Below are positions 19,607-27,907 of a stretch of 64,000 bases of DNA, one piece after another (the stretch's first letter is position 1; the number at the start of each line of letters is the position of its first letter). Below the pieces are notes generated by a model. The model was given only the letters and a program-made list of their open reading frames with translations, did no database searches and was not told the DNA's origin. Position numbers and translations under genes: made by a program. Source of the DNA: an uncultured Verrucomicrobiae bacterium (GTDB taxonomy: Bacteria; Verrucomicrobiota; Verrucomicrobiia; Chthoniobacterales; Chthoniobacteraceae); the NCBI GenBank assembly GCA_963836755.1, contig CAWIKF010000002.1, positions 1,760,001 to 1,824,000 of the forward strand, in the 5' to 3' direction.

Positions 19607-20796
19607 AAATGCCCATGCACTCCGCTTCATCGGGCAAACTCTCAAAGCCCTGGCTCACGGCGATCATTCTTTGGAGCATCACAGTGTTGGTCATATCCAT
19701 TCGCATATGCCTCGCTCCTCAGCGAAACACCGTTTTCACCACGTTCGAAACGGGAGGCGTGCACTGGCTCCATGGCACTGATCTCTACGATAACTTTCGC
19801 GGCTTTGTTTACAGTCCTCTCGCTGCTGCATTCTTTGCTCCCTTTACCCTGCTTCCAGACGCGGCAGCAAACATCCTATGGAGATTGCTCAACGTGGGGA
19901 TCTATCTCGGGGCGGTCGCGTGGTGGCTAAAGGTGGGACTACAAGAGACGATTTCTCGCAAGAGCTACCCGTGGATTTTTCTACTCCTATTACCTCTGTC
20001 CATTGGCAATCTTAACAATGGACAAGTCAATCCGCTGATCGCGGGATTGCTGATGATCGCGATTCTAGCCGCGCGCGAAGAACGCTGGAACCTTGCCGCA
20101 CTCTGCATCGCCGTAACTACTTATTTCAAGATTTACCCACTGGCCCTCGGACTGGTGCTTGTGGTTCTTTTTCCTAGACGATTCACCTGGCGACTCCTGG
20201 TTGCGCTTTTGCTCATGGGCGCGCTTACCTTTGTCCTCCAGCGACCCCATTACGTGCTGGAGCAATATCGGCTTTGGTTTGCTACGCGCTCTGGTGATGA
20301 CCGGAAGCTGTATAAGATGAGCATCGCCCCGCGTGATCTATGGATGCTTCTGCGGCTGTGTCACATCACAATCAGTGAACGACTCTATATGATGGTCCAA
20401 GTCCTCAGTGGAGCCGCGATTGCACTCGCCTGTCTTATCAGCCGAAAGAAAGGCTGGTCGCTGGATCGTAATCTTGCGCTGCTCCTCGCTCTGGTCACGG
20501 CATGGATGCTTCTGTGCGGCCCCGCAACGGAATCAGCGACCTATATTCTTCTCGCCCCCGCGATCGTATTCGCCGTTGCGGAGGCTTTTTCGCAACCGAG
20601 TTCTCTGTTGATGCGCGGTTGGATTGTTGCCAGCTATGCGATCCTGGTTTTCGGTTTGCAGCTCAATAGCTTTTTCCATCTTAGGAAAAGCGTTTACACA
20701 ATGTCTATTCAGCCGCTGGGAGCTCTGCTCTTCGCGGCCTATATCGCTGCAGGAATGATTTCCTCCTGGACGCGACCATCAGCAGCGGCACGTTAA
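19603..20796 (+). CDS. GT87/DUF2029-like polytopic glycosyltransferase (GT-C fold)
   Basis: FVYSPLAA, NLNNGQVN, FKIYP and many TM helices. Confidence 0.8.
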   Translation: MKMPMHSASSGKLSKPWLTAIILWSITVLVISIRICLAPQRNTVFTTFETGGVHWLHGTDLYDNFRGFVYSPLAAAFFAPFTLLPDAAANILWRLLNVGIYLGAVAWWLKVGLQETISRKSYPWIFLLLLPLSIGNLNNGQVNPLIAGLLMIAILAAREERWNLAALCIAVTTYFKIYPLALGLVLVVLFPRRFTWRLLVALLLMGALTFVLQRPHYVLEQYRLWFATRSGDDRKLYKMSIAPRDLWMLLRLCHITISERLYMMVQVLSGAAIALACLISRKKGWSLDRNLALLLALVTAWMLLCGPATESATYILLAPAIVFAVAEAFSQPSSLLMRGWIVASYAILVFGLQLNSFFHLRKSVYTMSIQPLGALLFAAYIAAGMISSWTRPSAAAR

Positions 20797-20863
20797 TCTT
20801 CGCGGAGCAAGGCCAGTAACCTATTTTAGAATGCACAACTGGCTTCCAAGGTGAACGCACGCG

Positions 20864-22321
20864 ATGAAGTCGATCCGCAAGCAACTCACTCTCTCGCTGC
20901 TCATCGGCTTCGGATTGCTGTTGGCATCAGGCACCGCTGCCCTTTATCTCAGCACCCGGCAGATTCTCCTTCGCGATTTTGACGCGCTGCTTTTGACGAA
21001 AGCGCGCGGGCTGGCATCGCTCACGGAAATTCATGATGGGAAAGTGACCTTTGATTTCGAGGAAGAGTTGCTGCCGGAATTTGCCGGCAAGCAACGCGAG
21101 GCGTTCTTCGAAATGTGGCTTCCCGATGGTCGAGTTTTGGCTCGGTCACGATCACTGAATGGAAGGGATTTGTCGCCACCGCCTGCTAACACTGGCATTA
21201 CTACGCCCCTTTTCTGGAATCTGGATCTGCAACAAGGGGAGCCGGGACGTGCTGTAACCTTGACTTTCTTTCCGCCAGAAGATGACGAACATGCGGCTGG
21301 AAAGGATTTGTCACGGCTGGTGACGGTTACTGTTGCGCTGGACCGCGGCTATCTCGATGCCCACCTTCACGTCTTCGCCATTGGCGCCGCCATTGCCAGT
21401 ATCTTGATGATGTCGGGAGGTGCGTTCCTGGCGGCTTTTTCCGTCCGCCGTGCGCTCTCGTCACTCTCGGAACTTGGGCAGCGAGTCGCGGCAGTGGATG
21501 CCATGACGCTCGCCTCGCGCTTTGACTGCGAGCATCTCCCCTACGAGCTAAGTCCGATCTGCAAACGGCTGAATGATCTCCTGGCACGACTCGATGCAGC
21601 GTTTGCGCGTGAGCGGCGTTTTAGTGAGGATGTTGCGCATGAATTGCGCACGCCGGTGGCAGAACTGCGGGCGCTGGCCCAGTTGTCCTTGACCTCCAAA
21701 AATGAGGACGAACCAGACATTGCCGTGTTTCGCGATGCCTTGGCGATTGCCGAGCACATGGAGGAGATTACCAACGGCTTGCTCGCGATCGCCCGCTGCG
21801 AGAGCGGCCGACAGATCATCGATCGTGAGCCCGTCTTCCTGCTGCCGCTGCTGCACGATCTCTGGCGTCCGCATGCCACGCGCGCCGATGAGCGCTCATT
21901 AAAAGTCACGGTGAGCATTCTTCCAGGACTTTGCGCGCTCAGTGATCGCGCTCTGCTCCGCACCGTCATCTCGAATCTATTCGCCAACGCAGCCGCTTAC
22001 GCGCCGATAGGTTCGACCGTCGGCATCACAGCCACCCGTGAAGGTGCGTTTGCGCGACTCACCGTCAGCAATCCACCCGGCGAGCTCACGCAGTCTGATC
22101 TTCCACGGCTTTTCGAGCGTTTCTGGCGCAAAGATCCTGCGCGCACCGGCTCCGGTCATGCCGGTCTTGGACTGTCGATCGCACAAGCTGCGGCGCGCCT
22201 ATTGGGCGAGGAACTTCATGCGGAGATTAGCGATACGGAGCTTTTCACCATTCGCCTGACACTCCCTCTTGCCGAGGCCGCCGAAGGCGAGGGGACTTCC
22301 GGCCATTCGGTGACCGGCTGA
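20864..22321 (+). CDS. Sensor histidine kinase
   Basis: Two TM helices, HAMP, H-box DVAHELRTP, N-box NLFANA, FERFWR, GLGLSIA. Confidence 0.95.
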   Translation: MKSIRKQLTLSLLIGFGLLLASGTAALYLSTRQILLRDFDALLLTKARGLASLTEIHDGKVTFDFEEELLPEFAGKQREAFFEMWLPDGRVLARSRSLNGRDLSPPPANTGITTPLFWNLDLQQGEPGRAVTLTFFPPEDDEHAAGKDLSRLVTVTVALDRGYLDAHLHVFAIGAAIASILMMSGGAFLAAFSVRRALSSLSELGQRVAAVDAMTLASRFDCEHLPYELSPICKRLNDLLARLDAAFARERRFSEDVAHELRTPVAELRALAQLSLTSKNEDEPDIAVFRDALAIAEHMEEITNGLLAIARCESGRQIIDREPVFLLPLLHDLWRPHATRADERSLKVTVSILPGLCALSDRALLRTVISNLFANAAAYAPIGSTVGITATREGAFARLTVSNPPGELTQSDLPRLFERFWRKDPARTGSGHAGLGLSIAQAAARLLGEELHAEISDTELFTIRLTLPLAEAAEGEGTSGHSVTG

Positions 22322-22689
22322 TATCAAGTGGTGACCGGCTTTGTTCAAGCGACGACCGCCTCGGTTAAAGGAGTGACCGCCTTTGTTCACGCGGTGACCG
22401 GCTTGGTTAAAGGAGCGACCGCTTGGTATAAAGCGATGACCGCCTTGGTTAAAGGCGCGACCGCTTGATATAAAGCGGTGACCGGCTTGGTCAAAGGAGC
22501 GACCGCTTGATATAAAGCGGTGACCGCTTTGGTTAAGGGAGCGACCGCTTGATATAAAGCGACGACCGCCTTGGTCAAAGGAGCGACCGCTTGATATAAA
22601 GCGATGACCGCTTTGGTCAAAGGAGCGACCGCTTGATATAAAGCGACGACCGGCTTGGATTAAGCGGTCGCCGCCTTGGTTCAAGCCGC
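22312..22689. repeat. Tandem array of about 18 x 21-bp units with alternating A/B types (42-bp superperiod)
   Basis: Unit A GACCGCTTGATATAAAGCG(G/A)(T/C) alternates with unit B GACCG(C/G)(C/T)TTGGT(C/T)AAAGGAGC; units degenerate toward both ends. Confidence 0.9.
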
Positions 22690-22751
22690 CACGCCCCCGG
22701 CAGACCGGCTCGCGGTCGCCCCGACGCCGATCCTTCCGTTCTTGCCGACCC

Positions 22752-23123
22752 TCAGCTGCGCTGAGCAAGGCTTTGCAGCGCGTCAGTCAAGCTCTCATAG
22801 GTCCGAGTGTGGACATCCGGGTGGTGATGAAACCGCGCAATGAGGGCGAACCCAATATCTTTGCTGGGATCGGGAATGACTCGCACCACCGTTTTCACCT
22901 CCTTTTCCTGGCATAGGCTCATGATTTCCCCGAGGTCGCCGGCGCAGGACGGGTCCATCGATTCCAAGGCACTCAGGTCCGTAATGAGCACAAAGCCCGG
23001 CTGAAGTGTGTCCATGACGCCTCGGACATTCTCCAGACACTCGCGCATGTCCGCCGCCAGCACACACTGGCTGTAGCTCATGGTCAGCATTTGCCCCGAT
23101 TTGTCCGCTTCGACGAGAATCAT
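22752..23123 (-). CDS. Hypothetical protein, possibly SpoIIAA/STAS-like alpha/beta domain
   Basis: ATG 23123 (MILVEAD); PGFVLITDLS, VVRVIPDP; fold assignment is an inference. Confidence 0.6.
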   Translation of the reverse strand: MILVEADKSGQMLTMSYSQCVLAADMRECLENVRGVMDTLQPGFVLITDLSALESMDPSCAGDLGEIMSLCQEKEVKTVVRVIPDPSKDIGFALIARFHHHPDVHTRTYESLTDALQSLAQRS

Positions 23124-23207
23124 TGCGGCGAGTATCGCATCGATCCCACATTCCGGCACGAAAATCGTTTTTAATCTTTGGCGGGCAAAAGAGGTGTATC
23201 CTTTTCC

Positions 23208-23762
23208 ATGAGCAATCACCTGCGAGACTTTGCGAAGAAGCGTTTCGAGGCTCGGACTTTGAGGCGCTGCCGGAGCGGGAACGTCGGGTCATTCAATACT
23301 TCAGCGACCGGCTGCACATCAGCCGCAATACCAATCGCGAGTTCGAGCAGAATCTTACCTTCGGACAAAGACTGGCCGACAAGGTGGCAGCGTTTGGCGG
23401 CTCGTGGACCTTCATCATTCTCTTCGGCGTGATCCTGGTTTCATGGATTCTGCTCAATAGCTTTCTCCTCGCCCATCGTGGCGCTTCTTTTGATCCGTAT
23501 CCTTTTATTTTGCTGAATCTCTTCCTTTCCATGCTCGCGGCTATTCAAGCGCCGATCATCCTGATGTCGCAGAATCGGCAGGCGGTGAAGGATCGCTTTG
23601 ACGCTGCTCACGATTACGAGGTGAACTTGAAGGCCGAACTCGAGATCCTGAGCCTGCATGAAAAGATCGACGAGCTGCGCGAGAAGAACTGGAGGGGAGT
23701 TGATCGAGATGCAGCAGCAGCAAATAGAACTTTTGACGCAGCTTGCGAAGGGGCGTGCCTGA
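23208..23762 (+). CDS. DUF1003 membrane protein (two apparent frameshifts)
   Basis: TFGQRLADKVAAFGGSWTFI, FDPYPFILLNLFLSMLAAIQAPIILMSQNRQ; frame breaks near 23253 and 23697. Confidence 0.85.
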
Positions 23763-23818
23763 GGGACGCAGCGAAAGAATCCCTCGCCGTTCGGTGGCGC
23801 GGTCGATTACCCTGAGCC

Positions 23819-23965
23819 ATGCCTAAAAGCCCAAATAAACCTGAGACTCAAACCCCGGCAAAAAATGCGAATCCCAAAGGGAACAAGCTGACGACGAAGA
23901 ATGCGAAAGCATCGGCGCATAAAGCACCGGAGAGGCGGAATGAGAATAAAGTGAGGGGGCGATAG
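23819..23965 (+). CDS. Small basic low-complexity protein (48 aa)
   Basis: MPKSPNKPETQTPAKNANPKGNKLTTKNAKASAHKAPERRNENKVRGR*; below the ORF-track length cutoff. Confidence 0.4.
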   Translation: MPKSPNKPETQTPAKNANPKGNKLTTKNAKASAHKAPERRNENKVRGR

Positions 23966-24111
23966 ATAGGACAGGCGCTCGCGCCACGTTTGACGGATTG
24001 ACACCGGGCAAGGTCTATCTCATTTCAGTCAATGCGGTCGGCTCTGCCGGCACGAGTGACTGGAGTGATTACGGTAGCTTGATGGTGATCTAAGCGATCG
24101 CCTCCATGAAC

Positions 24112-24151
24112 AAGGCGGCGCGCCCGATGAGGGTGCGCCGCTTTTGTTTTT
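24112..24151 (+). terminator. Rho-independent terminator
   Basis: AAGGCGGCGCGCCC-GATGA-GGGTGCGCCGC followed by TTTTGTTTTT. Confidence 0.8.
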
Positions 24152-24243
24152 GGCGGCATTTTAATTCCAGCTATCGCAAGTCTTTGCTAGCGGGATGAAC
24201 CATCCGGTGGCTTAATGGAAGGAACGTGAAAGAAAACACAAAC

Positions 24244-25239
24244 ATGACCGCTCCTAACTCATTGAAGATCCTCGCGGCTGGATGGACGCTGCTGGCCTGC
24301 TTTGCCACAGCATCTGCCATCGCGGCTGCACCATTGATCCCTGGAAAGCCGATCCCTGTGGCGAACTCGCACGGCGGGTTCGATTTCATCGAAGTGGATC
24401 AAGGCTCCTCTCGCTTGCTCGGGCCGCATACGAGGAATGGGACGTTTGACCTTTTTCAACTACCGATCGGCAAGCTGCTAAAGCAGGTGCAGGTGGGCAA
24501 GACGCAGTCAGTGGCAGTGGATGCGAAGGCGGGCAAATACTACCTCGCCGGCAGCGAGAAGCCGCGGCTCGTTACGCTTGACATGAAGAGTCTCGATGTC
24601 AACGGCGAAACTACTCTTCCCGGCCCTGCTGACATCATGGCTTTCGATCCGAGGAATCATGCAGCCTATGTGTGTCATGATGATGGGACTGAAGTCTGGG
24701 TGGTGGATGTAGTGTCGCAGAAGATCATTGCGACCATCACGATTCCTGAAGGTCCGGAAGGGATTGTTTATGATCCGACGAGTGATCGCCTGTTTGTAAA
24801 TGTCAAAGCAACTAGCGAAGTGGTGGTGATCGATCCTACTGCAAACAAGGTCGTGGCAAACTGGTCCACCGCGCCCGCGGATAAGCCGCATGGATTGGCC
24901 ATTGACCCACAGATGCACCGGCTCTTCGCTGCGGGAGCTAATGGTCAACTCGTTGAAATCGACTGCGTAACCGGAAAGGTGGTTGGCTCTGCAAAGATTG
25001 CTCTTAAGGTCGATCAAGTCGCCTATGATCCTGAACTCAAGCAGATCTATGCTGCGAGCGGGACCGGTGTGGTATCAGTAGTGCTCGCAAAGGAGTCAGG
25101 GCTCGAAGCTCTCGGCGATGTTCCTACGCACGCTGGCGCGCATTCCGTCGCCGTGGATTTCAAGACGCACACAGTCTGGACTGCTTATGGCGACGACAGC
25201 GCGAGCTACATTCTTTCTTTGAAGACTCCCAAGGAGTAG
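24244..25239 (+). CDS. Secreted YncE/YVTN-like beta-propeller protein
   Basis: Signal peptide; repeats such as GPEGIVYDP, VVVIDP, PHGLAID, GAHSVAVD; start may be 24226. Confidence 0.85.
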   Translation: MTAPNSLKILAAGWTLLACFATASAIAAAPLIPGKPIPVANSHGGFDFIEVDQGSSRLLGPHTRNGTFDLFQLPIGKLLKQVQVGKTQSVAVDAKAGKYYLAGSEKPRLVTLDMKSLDVNGETTLPGPADIMAFDPRNHAAYVCHDDGTEVWVVDVVSQKIIATITIPEGPEGIVYDPTSDRLFVNVKATSEVVVIDPTANKVVANWSTAPADKPHGLAIDPQMHRLFAAGANGQLVEIDCVTGKVVGSAKIALKVDQVAYDPELKQIYAASGTGVVSVVLAKESGLEALGDVPTHAGAHSVAVDFKTHTVWTAYGDDSASYILSLKTPKE

Positions 25240-25248
25240 AGCTCGCCG

Positions 25249-27906
25249 ATGCGTCGGGTGCTCTTTCTCCTCATCATTGGGAGCTTCGGCATGCTCGGAA
25301 GCTCTGCCGCCGAAAGTGGACTCACTTTTGGTGCGTATTATACGAAGATGAGCAAAGGGGAGAGCTGGGAGACTTTCTCGCGCACTGGAAAATATGCTGA
25401 TGTCGTGGTGCAGCTTCCATCGGGGAAGTTGATTTTTTGGCGGGGGACGAGCTACCTGCCTTATTGGAAGACGGAGCAAGGCGAGTGGAGTCTGCCGGAG
25501 ATCATCCCTCGCAGCGGCGATGGTGTGGAGCCGATGCCGGATCGGGAGAATGTCTACTCCCACGTTGCGATCATTCAAAATACCAGCTCGGCGGTGGTAG
25601 TGCACTGGAGGTATCTCGCGAGCTTCGCACCCGGCAATCCGAACCAGAACGTGGCGCTCGATCATTTCGTCGATGAGCTGTTCACCATCACACCCGATGG
25701 GAAGGTCGATCGCGTGATCAAGCAATGCACCGACAAGATCGACGATTGGAAGGATCCGCTGAACCAGACTACGGAAACTTTGCAGCTAAAGAAAGAAGGC
25801 GTCGCAGAGGTTTCCCGGATTGCGCCAAAGCATTCACCGATCGTGGAAAAGGTGGAAGCTGGTCTGCAAAGCAAGAAGCCGATAGTCCAGCCCATCGTTT
25901 GGCTAAAGTTCGACGAAGGTGCTGGTTCGAATGCGACGGAAAGTGTGACTGGAACTTTGTTGCCAATCACTGGCCCTAAAGTGCTCTGGAAGCAAGGAGT
26001 CTCCGGCACCGCCTTGGAGTTTGATGGCTATCGCAGCTCAGTCGTCATGCCATTGGCAAGGGCGCCTGCTGTTAGCGGCGGAAGTATCACGCTGGAAGGA
26101 TGGGTCGCGCTGGGCGCCTACCCGTGGAATTGGGCGCCGATCATACAGCAGGGAGATAACCAAGGCTACTTCCTGGGCGTGGACAGCGATGGTTATCCCG
26201 GCTTTATGGTGAAAGTAGATGGCGTATGGCAGCAACTTTTCGTGCCGAACGCGCAACCTTACAAGGATACGAATCACATGGAGTGCTTCCATTGGTATCA
26301 CGTAGCCGGTAGCTATAACAAATCCGATGGGATGATGCGGCTCTTTCTCGATGGCCGGGAAGTGGCGGCGAAGCGCGTGGGAACAGGAGGCGTCGAGACA
26401 AGCAAAGACGACATCCGAATCGGAAAGGCGGGCATCCTTACCAAACCGACCGGTGGGACTCACGACACCAAGCCGAGCGACTTCGGATTGGATGCGCTGC
26501 TCGATGAAGTCAAAGTTTACAACGTAGCTTTCGATGGCAAGCAGGCATCGCAGTCTTACCAGGAGTTCAACCCCGGGCAGAAGGTCATCACGTCGCCGGA
26601 CATGCAGAAGCGCCACTTCCCGATCGTCGAAGCGAAAGACTTCGGCGGCCTTTATACTCAACTTCCTTACTATGAGACTTGGGACAACCTATGGAGCGTA
26701 GGTCCTTATTCGGACATCGTAGTTGGGTTCGATGAGTCGCCGATCAAAGTCGTGTTCTGGCGCGGCATGAGCTATATCCCGATGCTCGTCAATGAGAGCC
26801 AGCAATGGTTTACGAACGAGTTCAATGAGGTCGGTTTCAACAAGGATGCTCCCGGAGATTGCGAACCAATGTCGGATAAGGCCTGCTTCGACTCCCATGT
26901 CAGGCTCGTCGAAAACACCCCGACGCGGGTCGTAGTTCACTGGCGCTACCGTCTCGCGAATCCGGACCATTATTGGGGCTACTATGACAGCAACACGGGC
27001 TGGGGCGACATTGCGGATTGGTATCTAACCATCTATCCCGACGGAGTCGTCTGCAAGTCCATGCACTGCTATTCCTCCCGGCTTGAGCGATGGCATGAAT
27101 GGGATGAACAGATCGTAGTCTTCAGTGAAGGACAACACCCGGAAAGCGTGATCAAGAAAACTCCGGTAATGACTCTGGTCGATACCAACGGGAACTCCGT
27201 GGACTATGATTGGAACCCGAATCCTCCGCAGCCAAAGTATCCCGGCTCCATCATCCAGATGATCCATCTGACTGGACGATACTCTCCTTTTAGCGTGCAG
27301 AAGTTTGACAAAGGCGACATCTACCGCGGCGAACGGACATGGTATTCCGTATTTCCTTCCTGGAACCATTGGCCGACTTCGCAGATCGATTCTTCCGGTC
27401 GCAACGCTTCCTTCCCCGATCGCGCGTCCCACTCTTCCATTTCCCATCTCTACTGGCCTTACCGCTCGCAAGAAAAAGGAAGCGCCCCCTTTCAAGAAAA
27501 AGTTTTACTCGAAGGTATGTCAGACCAACCCGCTGCTTCACTGGTGCCGCTGGCAAAATCATGGCTGAACCCGCCGGACGTTACCAAGCTAGTCGGTGCT
27601 ACTACCGAGCCCTACGACCAATCGCAAAGGGCCTATCCGTTTCAATATGCTGGAGCGCCTTTCGCCTTTACCATCAAAGCAACTCCAGATCGTCCCATTC
27701 AGAATCTTTGCTTCGAGATCAAACATTGGGCGAGCCGGACAACGCACGTTTCGCTGCAGGTCAATGGCGCTTCACAAAGCGAAGGTCCAAACTTCCGGCA
27801 AGGAGTCAACATCGACCCCGACGGAACCTTGACGTTGTTGGTATGGGTTGGCCTCTCCGTTCAATCGCCACAAACTTTCCGACTAGCCGCCGCGCCCACG
27901 CAGTAA
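25249..27906 (+). CDS. Large secreted protein with a LamG/concanavalin-like domain
   Basis: Signal peptide; WLKFDEG, ALEFDG, ITLEGWV, WYHVAGSY, LLDEVKVYN; duplicated flanking domain (FWRGTSYLP/FWRGMSYIP; VVVHWRY twice). Confidence 0.8.
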   Translation: MRRVLFLLIIGSFGMLGSSAAESGLTFGAYYTKMSKGESWETFSRTGKYADVVVQLPSGKLIFWRGTSYLPYWKTEQGEWSLPEIIPRSGDGVEPMPDRENVYSHVAIIQNTSSAVVVHWRYLASFAPGNPNQNVALDHFVDELFTITPDGKVDRVIKQCTDKIDDWKDPLNQTTETLQLKKEGVAEVSRIAPKHSPIVEKVEAGLQSKKPIVQPIVWLKFDEGAGSNATESVTGTLLPITGPKVLWKQGVSGTALEFDGYRSSVVMPLARAPAVSGGSITLEGWVALGAYPWNWAPIIQQGDNQGYFLGVDSDGYPGFMVKVDGVWQQLFVPNAQPYKDTNHMECFHWYHVAGSYNKSDGMMRLFLDGREVAAKRVGTGGVETSKDDIRIGKAGILTKPTGGTHDTKPSDFGLDALLDEVKVYNVAFDGKQASQSYQEFNPGQKVITSPDMQKRHFPIVEAKDFGGLYTQLPYYETWDNLWSVGPYSDIVVGFDESPIKVVFWRGMSYIPMLVNESQQWFTNEFNEVGFNKDAPGDCEPMSDKACFDSHVRLVENTPTRVVVHWRYRLANPDHYWGYYDSNTGWGDIADWYLTIYPDGVVCKSMHCYSSRLERWHEWDEQIVVFSEGQHPESVIKKTPVMTLVDTNGNSVDYDWNPNPPQPKYPGSIIQMIHLTGRYSPFSVQKFDKGDIYRGERTWYSVFPSWNHWPTSQIDSSGRNASFPDRASHSSISHLYWPYRSQEKGSAPFQEKVLLEGMSDQPAASLVPLAKSWLNPPDVTKLVGATTEPYDQSQRAYPFQYAGAPFAFTIKATPDRPIQNLCFEIKHWASRTTHVSLQVNGASQSEGPNFRQGVNIDPDGTLTLLVWVGLSVQSPQTFRLAAAPTQ

Positions 27907-27907
27907 T

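Noticed and set aside
22312..22689. CRISPR array
   Set aside because: Units are contiguous 21-mers with two alternating types and no unique spacers; no cas genes in the window
24030..24110. Known riboswitch (TPP, cobalamin, fluoride, c-di-GMP, yybP)
   Set aside because: Their conserved sequence signatures were not found by eye; kept only as an unknown candidate
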